In this document: positions 50,106 through 63,000 of the stretch, in pieces
How positions within the stretch are numbered: the stretch's first letter is position 1
Layout of the letters: every line of letters starts with the position of its first letter
Assembly (NCBI GenBank): GCA_016840165.1
Contig: JAEOSU010000067.1
Location: forward strand, 1 to 64,000
Length of the DNA: 64,000 nt
From: Promethearchaeota archaeon
GTDB lineage: Archaea; Asgardarchaeota; Lokiarchaeia; Sigyniarchaeales; SOKP01
Reading direction: 5' to 3'
The notes under the pieces: model-generated
The model's input: only the letters and a program-made list of their open reading frames with translations
What the model was told of the DNA's origin: nothing
The model's database searches: none
Program-made: the position numbers and the translations under genes

Positions 50106-50972
50106 ATGGCAAGAATGAGTGTTGAGATATTAGATGATGATGAAGAGGCTGATATAGCGGGATTTATGCTGGAGGCGTGCGGGATAGATTCTCCCGATTT
50201 TTATCGCAATGAAAGAATCCTCACGAGAGAGAACTTCGAGAAAAATTATGATGTTCTCGAGAGAATGGTACAAGTCCGGCACTTTATTAGAGCACCGTAT
50301 TTTGTAATTGGTTATTTTGCACTATTAACTGGTGCTAAAATATCTGAAGAACTGCGACAAGATATACTTGAGGCTGCGAAGTGGGAGCATGAGGAAGGAT
50401 ACTGGGAGGATGAGGGGTTTGCCCTCAAAAGACGGATATATCTCGAAGACTTTCAAGAAAAGATTCAAATCCATAAAGCAGGACAAAAATTACACGCAGC
50501 AAGCTTCAAGTATTCAGAGAAGGGTTTTATGGATTCAAAAGTGGTTGTTGGGATTAATCAATTTAAAAATTATTGCGATTATGGGAAAATTCAGGATATA
50601 AAGCATGTAAATTTAGATGGATGGGGGCTAATTTCAATTCCACAAGAAGTCTTTGAGCTTACTAATTTAAAATCACTAAGTCTTGAGTTCAATGAATTGA
50701 CAGAAATTCCAGATGAAATTTCAAATTTAGTCTCATTAAAACATCTACATTTAGATTATAACTCACTTGAAACGCTGCCGGAGTCAATAGGAAAGCTATT
50801 GTCATTAAAAAGCTTTTCCATAATCCATAATAATATTGCACATCTTCCTGAATCAATAAAATACTTAAACAATTTAAAATATGTTTACGTTAGGGGGACT
50901 AAAATAAATCAGGTTCCTGAGTTTCTAAATAATGCCGAGTTAGATAAGTTAAATAAAACAATCTACTTGTAA
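50106..50972 (+). CDS. Protein with unknown N-terminal domain plus leucine-rich repeats
   Basis: LxxLxLxxNxLxxLPxxI repeats (about five) in the C-terminal half. Confidence 0.85.
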   Translation: MARMSVEILDDDEEADIAGFMLEACGIDSPDFYRNERILTRENFEKNYDVLERMVQVRHFIRAPYFVIGYFALLTGAKISEELRQDILEAAKWEHEEGYWEDEGFALKRRIYLEDFQEKIQIHKAGQKLHAASFKYSEKGFMDSKVVVGINQFKNYCDYGKIQDIKHVNLDGWGLISIPQEVFELTNLKSLSLEFNELTEIPDEISNLVSLKHLHLDYNSLETLPESIGKLLSLKSFSIIHNNIAHLPESIKYLNNLKYVYVRGTKINQVPEFLNNAELDKLNKTIYL

Positions 50973-51044
50973 TTAAATAAAAAGAACTATCTACTTATGT
51001 CAAAATAAAAAGTTAAATAAAAAAAATAGTTAAATCTCCACTTA

Positions 51045-54000
51045 CTATACACTTACTACAATTTGTAAACGACCGAAATAATAATCTGAATATATATCCT
51101 TAGCAATATCAAAGTCATAACCGAGCAGATCAACAAATAAATTCTTTAATTCCCATGCTGACAAGGAGTTGAGCCGATCAGACAAGCCAAGATGTTGGAG
51201 AAATTCATACTTATTGTCAAAATTCTTAATAACAAAAGTAGCATAAAATCTTAACAACGGAATAATATCCTTTCTTTGCCAATGTTCGTAGAGCGACTCC
51301 CGCTTCCTAAACCAGGTATAGTATGATTGAACTGAAATTCCTAGATCTTTCAAATATTTCTCGAATTCTTGAGGAACTAAATTTTTATCGAAATCGAATT
51401 CCCTGAAGTATTTAGCGGTCAGAAAACCCTTTAGATATTCATTCCCCATTGGGAAATATTCAGAACTAAGAGTCCGCATTACTCGATTAGGATCCATACC
51501 TCTAAAATTAGAAGCTAATTCATCAAACTCAAATATACCATCATCCATTAATTCAAACATCCTCTTTCCAGGATAATACACACGAGCTGCTACAGTACTC
51601 ATACCTACGGCTCTCCATAGTACTCTCGTTAAAACGCCTGGACTTTTCGCTTGAGAAATTCCTATATAATCTCCAATTTCATGACCAATAAATCCGTGTG
51701 AAAAAAGGAAGGTAATTTTACCATCCAAATCTCTTTGACTATAACCAGTAGTCTCATATTTCGCGGTTCTTCCTGTCAGACCTCCCTTAACATTATACAA
51801 GTCTTCTCCCAATCTCCGAAACTCCTCAATCCACCAATCCTCCAAAACTTTTATTAGATAAGTGTCTGATTTAAAATTTCTCCCAAGCAATTGGATTTCG
51901 ACGATTTCAAGCTCCATTGATTCCCTAATTGCATCCATGCCCGCTTGACCTCTTCCTGCACTATCATAAATGTTTCTTATATCTAAATAAAATTCATTAT
52001 ATTTCTTCTTTAATTCTACCTTCCTAGTACTTAGTGCTGTGTCGAGCTCCTCTTCAAACCTTACAGACATTGAAGAAAAAGGACGACAATAAGGTGTACC
52101 CTTAACACGTTGAGTCCTACCAACATAGAACTTTCCCGTTTCTTTATTCTTCCATTTATAAATCATCCCGAACACATAATCATCACCTAATCTCTGCCCC
52201 TTCCATACATTTAACAAAAAGCGTTGGGTATGCTGCGGGTTCCCTCCACATTCATGAGAGATAATTCTCTTAGCTCTTGGGGGAATTATTGATTCCCCTG
52301 TCACCAGATCGCTCTGTGGTTTATGAGGAGGCCCTCTCCCGCCCATATAGAAACTTGCAACATCAGCAATTACCCTTTCTAATTGTGTCCAATCTTCATC
52401 CTTATTAAATTTGTCTTGAAGTATAGCCATAACCTCCCAATTCATCTGTTCATTAATAATAATATCTAATCCATGATATCTCGTAGACTTAAGAACCTCT
52501 CTTGCTTCTAAGATTAACTCAGACCGGTAGATAATTTGGTCGAGCACCTTTTCAGGCTTGTTCTGGTCATAATTGGGATCAAATAATTTCGCATGAATAT
52601 AATTTATCCGATCTTTATCATATTCTGGGAATAATCCTTCAAAATTGTCTACATGAACAATATCTGTTTTAACTATATCATCCGAAACTTTTTGTTCTAC
52701 TAGAACATTTTCTTCACTGGCCTCCTCTTTATAAAATTGCATTTGGAATGATTGAATATCATACCCAATACTTTCAGCATTCTTACCTAAAACAATTTCT
52801 TTAAACTTGTTGAATAAATCAACTTTTTGTTCAGTCTTAGGATCAGAATTAATGCTAGGGAATGAAATTGTTAGAGGTGGATTGTCAATCTCGATATCTT
52901 GCTTACCTCTAAAGAGGTCTCTTAATGATTCCCCATCGATTTCCGCTGGTTTCTTCGCTTGTTCTTGTAGCATGTTGGATAACACTGTGCTATCAAGAAC
53001 GTCTTGTTGGTCTTTGAACATATTCTGGATATCAGCTTTCCTATTTGCTTGTTGAATTGATTTTCGTTTCCCATATGCTTGGGGAGCGACAGCAACAGTG
53101 CTCTTAATCATCTTATTAAGCCCCATTAATGCGAAAAAGTCAAACGAGCCGAAAAAGATACCAGGCATTATCATGAGAAGTCCCTTGAAAAATCCAGATT
53201 TTATCAACCGCTCCATGGTGGTCATACTGTCTAATCTCTTTTGCTCTGCTTCACGTTGCTGCTGTAAGTCTTGCTGTATTCTCTGCCTCAAATCGATATA
53301 TGCACTCGGATCTCCTGCTTTCAAGGCTCTTACAGTCGCAATGCCTTGTTTAAGCTCAGAAAATCCACCTAATGCCAATTCTCCTAATGCACCTTTAACC
53401 TCCCTATAGGATGTTCCTAATGACGATAGCCAAAATCCTGCATCTTCAGAAAGTCCAGCAAGATCGGCAATGTTCTCAGCAAATGCTTCAATAAAGCCAT
53501 CTTTAATAATCTCCTCAAATACCTCTTGAATGGGACTTGTGACCAACTGGAGAACGGATTTTCCTATCAATGCTTTTACTGAATGAACCCCAGCTTGTGC
53601 CATCATACCGCTAGTGCTCATTATTGTCCATGAACCAAGTAATATCAAGGGAGCACTTATAAGCGTTGACCAGAAGGTCATTGTCTCTGTATATGCAATT
53701 TCTGAGATCATTTGGGCGGTAGTTTCCGCATATGTGTATTGATTGAAATAGTCCATTATGGTATAATAGGTAGCTTGAGCTAACGCTAATTTGTAATTCT
53801 CAGCCTTTGTATCATTAACAAACACATCAAACACGATGTGCACGTTATAGTACACGGAAGTTTGCGCATCAGTCTGCTGTAAGGCGTTATAGAACGAGGA
53901 ATATTGATTAATAATGATGGTCTCAAGTGGTATTGTGAAGTACAAATTACCACTATCAATTGCAAACTGTGCCTCATCGACAACCAGATCTTGAGCAAGA

Positions 54001-57000
54001 TAGTTAATTCCTTCACTTGGATGATCTCGTATCACGTCAATAGAGATATATCGAATCGGATATTCAAAACCTCTATCATTAATTGGGATCTTCGATCTAT
54101 ATCCCGCTTTGGTTTCAATATCATTTAGCGAATACGCATTAATCCCTTCAGTATTAATGGAATATTCCTCATCATAACTGCATTCAGTAGTTATAACTAA
54201 ATGCCCTGGTTCAGGATCAATTTCATCAAATCTACTTTGACTCAACACGATTGGTCTAAACAAAACGGATTGAGGTAATATGGCTTCATAATTAGTACTA
54301 TTAATAAATTCATATTGCGGTCTGCCATCTATACATGTTGCTCGAATCGCGTCAAGGTGACCATCAGAGACTATCCCCACCTTTCTCTCAAGATTACCTA
54401 ATGTATTGGCATAATACCAATTATAAATACTAGTAATACTGTCGGTATTTTTATAGGTATAATGACTCTTCTGGTTGAATGAAGGCAATTCACTAGTCAA
54501 TAAGAAATAATCCAAATTCATATCATCAAAATCCAATGCCCAGAACGCATCGGGATCTGATTCTCCCATACTTTCGAAATTCTCCCATAGTAAATCCAAG
54601 AATCCGCCAAATGAGTCTAATAACCTTGCTGGATTTGGCGGACTTACTAATACTTCAGCGTTATACCTATTACCAGGTTCTCCTCCACTAACTGTGGTAT
54701 AATAACCTCCTGGATGACCAATAAGAGCTGCTGCCATTGTATCTCCAAGTACTCTATCACCAAGTGACTTCTCATTTAGCGATACAGGATCTCGCACTTC
54801 ACTTGATACTGGGTAAAATGTCTCAGAACGTGTTCGAGATTCTGCTTCATGCAGATCCATATCAATGAAGAATTTAGTCATCAAGGTATATACTGTGAAA
54901 TAAGTCAATGCATTTAATCCAGTAAGCGCCCCAATCCCTGCTGTTAAAGCAGTAACTGCAGCACTCAACGTTGAAGCGGTCACCGACATGAATACCTGTT
55001 CTGCGATATCACCTACTAGTTGTTTTTTATATTGCTCCCATGCTTGTGAATAAGTCTTATGTCGCACTTCATAGAATAGAGTGGAGAACTTAGGATTTTT
55101 GCTACTTTGTTCTGTAAGTTTATATATTTCAAATATCTGATCTTTCGGCTTATAATCATCCCATACAGATTCTTCATCCCATAAGAGTTCAACATATTGA
55201 AGTTTATCAAATTTGTATACCCAATCAGAGCCAAACATAGTGCTCTCACCTGCTAACCTATTAAACGTGGAAGTTATCTCTACGCTCTTATCTAATCGTT
55301 CATAAGGAGCAAAATCATGAATGCCGTCATAATTGTATCCAATGGTGATTACATCATATTCAGGAATCCCAGTTGCAGAAGTACCACAAATATCACTTAC
55401 AACATACACAGTTTCATAAAATCCATTTGAATCACTATCGACATAGAAATAAGAGCCGCTGGTCTTTGCAGTTCTATCAATGAACGAATCAATATCAGAA
55501 GTATAATACACCTGTCCATCTGGTGGTGTAATAAGCACTCCCTCTACTTCAAACTCAACCCATCCATCATCTACTACATTAGATTTTGAAATCTTGCCAT
55601 AGTCATTATAGAGAGAAAAGCGGTTTGGAATTCTTAGAATTATTTTTTCATCAAATGCATTTACACTATAGGCATAATCTTCTCCAACTACTTGTAAGGA
55701 ATCATATTTAACTGGAATATGATCAGAACCCCATGTGGGACTTGACCAACTGATATTAGCAGGATCCGTGAACGGAAGGTCGGGATCAAATAGTACTGAA
55801 ACTTCTTGCCCTGTTTCAATGTCTGTAATTGCATGCTCTTGGGCTAACTCTGAGAAAAAGTTATCTGCAACATTAACTTCATGATCTTTAAATTCATCAA
55901 TATAGACTCTTTGTTCCTCAATCCCACCTTCATCGTCAAATTCAATAACCGTGATCGCTGATTGCTCAAAAGTATCAACGTATGTAGTAGTTATGCTTTG
56001 CTTGAATTTTCTATATGTAGCCCGTAGAGTTGGGGCGTTATCCTGAGTGTATCCATTGCATGAACTAAAGTCTCCAGAATTAAGCACTTCTTCTGTGAGA
56101 TCCTCGTTAAATACAGGATTCTCATATGATCCGGTAAATAAGGATTCAATACTTTTATCAACATATTCTGCTATAAAAGTAAAAATATCTTGCTTTTTTG
56201 CTGCTAATATCGTCTTTCTGACTTCTTTTACCTCATAATAGATATCAACAGTAGTACGTTCAAAATTCATTTGAGAATCGGGATACCCATCCCTATCATT
56301 ATCAACTTTAACGCTATAGAAACTTGTTTTACTATATTCTTCTTTAGTTACCATTTGTTGAGTAGATTTCTTAGCCCAATAATCGACATCAGGAAGGATC
56401 ATCTTCGATATATGTAATGCTAATAGGGGTAAAGTAAGCACGATCTCAATTAATTTATCTACATTAAAATCATAAGATGCGAAGATTCTATCATTAATAT
56501 CAAACCATTCAGTATGTCGCTGTTCATCTACTTGTTGTTGGATGGTAATTTCTGAGCTTTCAAAATCTTGAATAACAGTATGCCAATAAATTTCTCCTGA
56601 ACCTTCTGGATCATCAATACCATATCTTATAATGTCTATTTTACCATCTCGATCAACGTCAATAGTATGCTTATAGTCTGGCTCTCCGTCCATATCGATA
56701 TCTGCTACATAAATTATGGAGCTTTCATCTTTGTAGAGTTCAAAATTATCATATAATTCTAACCCATAGCCAATTAACTTATCATTATCCCTCATATCTG
56801 GGTTTCGGCAATATTTACTAGATTTAAAGGATGTATATTCACTTGTGATAGTTGCAGCACTTTCAGCTAATAATGGGATTCCGGACTTTGATATGTAATT
56901 ATAATCAATATCTACATAATTATAGAAAGTTTCCTTAACATCGGTTAGATATGTCTGATTAAATTCATCTAACAGATAAATTTCAGTAAAGCTGGATATT

Positions 57001-60000
57001 GGGCCATATGAAAAGTTTAAAATAGCAGTGATTTGATCAAATGCATCAAGGAGTCCATCTCCAGAGTTCAAGTCAGTAATTGTTAATTGTCCTGTGATGG
57101 CATTAAATGCTACTGTGAAGTCACTATTATCAGTTAGGGTTGTGGATGAAAAGGTTGCATTCAAACCAATTACCTTATAGACGCTTACATTTACAAAATC
57201 ATCTTCAAAGGAAAGATCTCCAATATCATACGTATGGGTATATTCAGAAACACTAGTATATACGCTAAAGGATTCATAATAATATTGTACTACCTTATAT
57301 TCAGTTTCGTTCTTGAAGGAATATGCAATATTCTCATAAGAATGATCCATGCTAAATTGTTGGCCATACCATTCATAATATTCTGGTTTCAATAGATAAT
57401 TATAATCATAAATTACCCGAATTGAGTCAAGATCAATATTTTCCACTTCAATTAATATAGGTTGTGCCCAAGAAGTATTAATCACATACTCAAAGTATAA
57501 TGTTTTATTTGGTTCGATTATTAATGGTTCTTGAAATTCCATACCAAAGTATTCTGGGAATTGATTAAAATCTGGATTCCAAGTAAATGTATTGGTAGCA
57601 GATTCAAAGTGTAATTGATGATCATTTCCCGTAATACCTGCGGTATAATAATTACCATCTTCATCATAAATATTAAGATAGTCTAACCATTCTGAATTTG
57701 GATAGAATAATGGAATTTCATCTAAAGCTAGTTGATATGAATCATCTTCTGGAGTGGCACTTGCAGTAAACATTTCAACCTCAGAATATTGCCATACTCG
57801 ACTATCTATATTACCCGCTTGAGTTGTGCCTTCAAATGAATCTTCTAAGAGTATTATTTCGGAAATGGTTAATTCATATGAAGGATCTGGCATGGTAAAG
57901 AGCAGATGAGTGAAATTCAAGACGTCGCTTTGCGTGGATTCATAGAGTGAAGTAAGGTCTAACTCAATTTTAACCGCTTTATATCTTCCATTATGTTCGG
58001 TATCAAATGGTGTTAATTGTAAGGGAGTCTGATAATAATAATCGGCAGTGAAATCTGAATAGGCGGTATCAGAACTGGCTTCCACTAATAATATTTCTGC
58101 TTTTGGAAGATCTGAATGGGAAGCATAATTATATCCTTTATTTTCAAAATATAACTTACCAATACCTACCGCTATACCCTTCTTGATTGGCGAATTATAA
58201 CGAATTGCGATCACTTGATCTTCTATAAAGGACATTACTTCTTTAGTATCTGGATGAATATATGTAGTCGGAATGTGTAAAGTGTATACATCTTCTTCTT
58301 TGGTATAAGTTAAGGATTTTCCTTCAGGGAATTCTAAATATTCGAGTCTATCATTAAAGATATATGCTAATTCATCTAGTCCTGTTTTTAGAGCATAGTC
58401 TAACTTTACATGGAAGTATTCTTTCCCGCTATTTAGAGGGGAAACCGATTCAGAATTCCATTGTGCAGTCTGGAATCTCGCAATTCCTTGTATATTATCT
58501 CCATTATACTCTTTATCAGTCCTAAATGTGGGAATAAGCCTAATCTTTTTCAGCGTATTAGAAGAGGTTGGTAGTTCAATTTTGATATTATAATCATACA
58601 TGAGTAATTCTTCTCTAGAGAGCGTCTGAGTAAATGCTGACATCAATCCAGAATTATCATAAAGTTTAATGGTGAGGTGATCCACACTTTCAATATTTCT
58701 TATATTTGTATCAATGTAGAGTGCAAGGTACGTTCCATTGTGAATTTCATTAATTAATCCGCCATCAAAATCCCCGATTTCACCTTCTAAGTTAAATTCT
58801 AACTCATCTCCTTGCTCAAGATATGCAGCAATTTGAGAGGCATGACATACAGTAGTAGCTATGGTGGAATCTTCCTCATTTATAAAATAAAATGCATCTA
58901 AGTTAGGAATTACATCTACTCCACTTTCACCAATGACATCCCAATAGGGCATATCTAATGTATCTGTAATGGGCTCTGCGGGATTGTAAGTAAAGCGATA
59001 ACTGGCAAATTCTTTATCGTTACTTTCCGAGACAAAAGATACGTAAAATTCCATGAGTCCATTTGGTAAGACTAGCACATTCTCATCATTTTTGATTATA
59101 ATTTCACGTGTGGCACTAAGATATTCATAATGGATTGGATCTAAGAATCTCATTTTGCCAAATCTATCATAATAATAGATATTGATCGAATTTTCTCCAT
59201 TAACTTCAAGGACATCAATATAATTATCCAATTCTTCAGACATTAATTCATATACATATCCATTCTTAGAACTACTGAAATATTGAGATTTGATTTCAAA
59301 TTTATTCTCATAATAATCCCTTACATTTAAGCGATAGCTCAAGTATAAAGTATATTTGTTTTCAATAGAAAGGCTGTATTCGAAAGGAGTGATAATTGAC
59401 CCTCCACTTAGTTTCCTATATTCTTCTCTATAGTCAATTTGAGGATTATCACTTACCAAAGGATCATAAGGCGTATCAAAAATGTTGCTCCATGGGTAAG
59501 TTACAATCAAAAAGTGCTTTCTATCAAGCAGACCTGGTTGTAATTTAAATTTATAAGAAAGCTTAATGGCACTCTTTGGTTCAATATACCCTGATTGTCC
59601 TTCTGATTTGTCATTAAAGTAGATATATTCATTTTCAATCTTTAATACATAATCATTAAAGAGAGATTCGTTGGAATATGCTATAAATTGATCATCAATA
59701 TATAAAGCAATTTGATACGCGTCATGTTGATCTCCCAAATACTTATAATTAAATGGGGTGTGTCCCATTTCATATTTAAGTAGTGTGGAATTATATTGAG
59801 CTAATACATAGAGATAAGAATTCTCGACAAGCTGATATTCTGAGCCATAGGTTGTCTTAATATAAGCCTCAATATTGTCGAAATTGATGGTATATTCATA
59901 AGAATCTGGGGTATTTTGAGATAAATAGCTCTTTGACTCCTCATTAGCAATTTCAAATACTTCAATAGTTTCTTCATCCTCACCTTTTTGAGCCAATGTA

Positions 60001-63000
60001 TAAATTGTAGGGAATAGGATATAATCTTCTTTATATTGTCCTTCTGGAACAATATATTGTATGCTAAATTCATCAGTACTACTTTCTCCGGTGTATAATA
60101 TAGAAATATTATAAAATTCTTCAGGTTGGAATGTAAATAGATCCTCTCCATCTTTAATATACGTACTATTGAAAATCTCCCATTCTAACGCAGTATATTC
60201 AATTGTAAAACTTGTTTCATCAGAGAAATCAGGGTGCAGGTGATATGTATCTCTATCTGTATAGTTGTAATCCCATTCAATTTGTGAAATATAGGGATCT
60301 TCTGGATCTTCATGGATATAATAATCATAGCTATTGATAAATTCATGATTAATCCAATAATCGATCATGATTTTATTTTCATCATCCGTATAGGAGCTTA
60401 ATTCTCCTACTGCTTTAAAGAATAGAATATATGCAGTTCCGTTTTCATCATATTCTAAGGCAAAATCAGTATCAATCTCAAGTATATCCTCAGAAGGAGT
60501 AAATGAGCCGCTATAACCCTCAGATATTAAATTGCAATAATCTTCTTTGTAATTCCCGACTGGAAATCCTTGTACAGATAATGCATAGGAATAGGGCATT
60601 CCCACAGCTCGAATTTCAGCGACGTCAATATCTTCTATTAATTGTAGTCCAAAGTTAATTATTTTGCCATAATTTGGGAAAATATTTTCCATAACTGAAG
60701 AGCTGTTTATATCAATATCTAAATCAAATAATTGATGATAAAAGACTTGTCCACTTACCGTTATAATATCTGTGGTTAAGAATTTATCAGCAAAATTAAA
60801 AGTGTCCTCCCAAGAGGTTGGTTCATTTCCTGAAATCGAGGATCGATAATCTGGTATTGAACTGCTCTCATAATCCATGTAGATTGTATTTATATATTCT
60901 TCCTCTCCTCTTATCGAAGTTCCAGAACCGTAATAAAGGTCAACATATCCATCTTGATACAAAGGCTCATCAATATCATAGGTATCAATAAACATGCCTA
61001 AGTTAGGAATCATATAGAAATTCTCAGAATTTACGGGAAGAGTCTGTTTCCAGCCAATATAATCAAAAGCATAATTCACTCCATCTGAATCTACTGATAC
61101 TAAGGTTACATTAGGTAAGTCTTTTAACGCAACTGTTACCTTACTACTATCTATTAAATTAAATGGAGATTTTCCATAGATACAATCGACAAGAGGGCGA
61201 CTAAATATCTGATAGTAATGGGGAGTGTTTACCGCAGCTTTTATATCGAAATTGCCATATTTATCTAAGGGCATTCTATCATAATTCTCAACTAAATGCT
61301 CATCAGAGATATAATCAAATTGCTCTAAGATAACATATGGAATATAGTTATCACTACTTCCTACTTGATGAATAGTAATTTCAATATCAACACTATCAGT
61401 TCCAACCATGTCATAAATCGCTTGGAGATCTTTATTATAGCCAATAACATAACTATTTGCTACGATATCTGGCTGAATCTCAGTATAATTTAATGGAACT
61501 ACTTTAGGATCTGAATAATATTCATAAAATCCATCGTTTGTCGTATATTTAAATTCAATCGTTAAATCATTGAAATCATCTCCATAAGTTTGAATTAAGT
61601 CTAGTAATGCATGATCCAGAATGAATGTTAAATTAATTTCTGGAGCATATAACAATGGCACATTCAATAACTTGAGAATGGTCTTTTCATTTGAATTGTC
61701 TAATGAAATATATAACGCGGAATCTTCAAGCGTTAATGGGTATATCTCATTGCTCGATTCATCTAATAATTTAGAAGTGGAGTCGGTATTATTTATTAAC
61801 CTTACAGAATCGCTATATGATTTATTATACTTCTGGAATCCGTATCCGAGGGTATATTGCGATTTTACTCCATAAATTACTGTAAATGGAGAAATTGGGG
61901 GTGTAATTTGATCAAGGGTAATCTTTAAGTGATTTCCTACTATTGCCTTCACAATTGGATTATCATTATTTAGTATCTCTAATTCATGTTCATTGTAGAT
62001 GATAAAATCCGAGGGTACAGCATTCTGCTTTCCATAATCTAAGGTATAATCAGCAGTAGTTCCATCACAATCTTGGACAAATCGAGTGAACATAGGAGAA
62101 TAGGAATTATCACTTTCAGGTAAGAATCCAGCAGGTAATCGAAGCTCTATCGAACTCTCATTATATTCATTAGTATATCCGAGTGTTATTATACCATAAT
62201 TATTAGAGCCAAAATCAAACTTTAATTTGTAGATAACTGAAAATTCAGTTCCCTCATCAGGAACATTAGCTCCCGTAAACCTAATGACTGAATCATTGCT
62301 TAAGATACCAGAAGGATAATACGGGGCAGTCCAATCAGTAGTCTGTTCAAACTCATATTCATCTCCCTCTTTTATTCCTATTACCTCTAACACACTAATC
62401 TCAGTTAAGGCATTCAGCAATAATAATTCACTATCAGCATCAATACCATATTCTAAGGTATCATTACTAAACAAGAACGCAATTTCCTGTCCATACGTTT
62501 GTCCGTTTTGAATCCCTCCTAAATACCGTACACTATCACCGGTTGATACTGCATCCTCTATTGCTACGGTAATCGCACCGGAAGTAAATCCATCAACATA
62601 TATTGACCATATGGTGTTTGGATCATTACTGGAAGGATTCTTTTCCAGCCTTAAGTCCAATAAATAGATTTCAACATCTCTTTCATCCTTAAAAATTTGA
62701 TCTCTATTGAAATCAATACTAAATGATAAATTTAAATCACATTGAAGCCCCATTAAAAATGCATCTTCTGGACCAAGCCCTATAGTAAAGGTCATTAAGC
62801 CATCATGATTCCCTGGACGGAGCATAATATCATTTCGCAGGGGGAATGTGCTAGTAGTACCATCCTCGTTGTAGATTGTACAATCTAAATTAATGTCAAT
62901 ATAATCTTGGACAGATTCCTCACCACCCGATGAATTGAAATAAGGTTCTACCCATACACTTCCTATTAAAAATGGATAATTACTTTCAAATGGCATTTCC

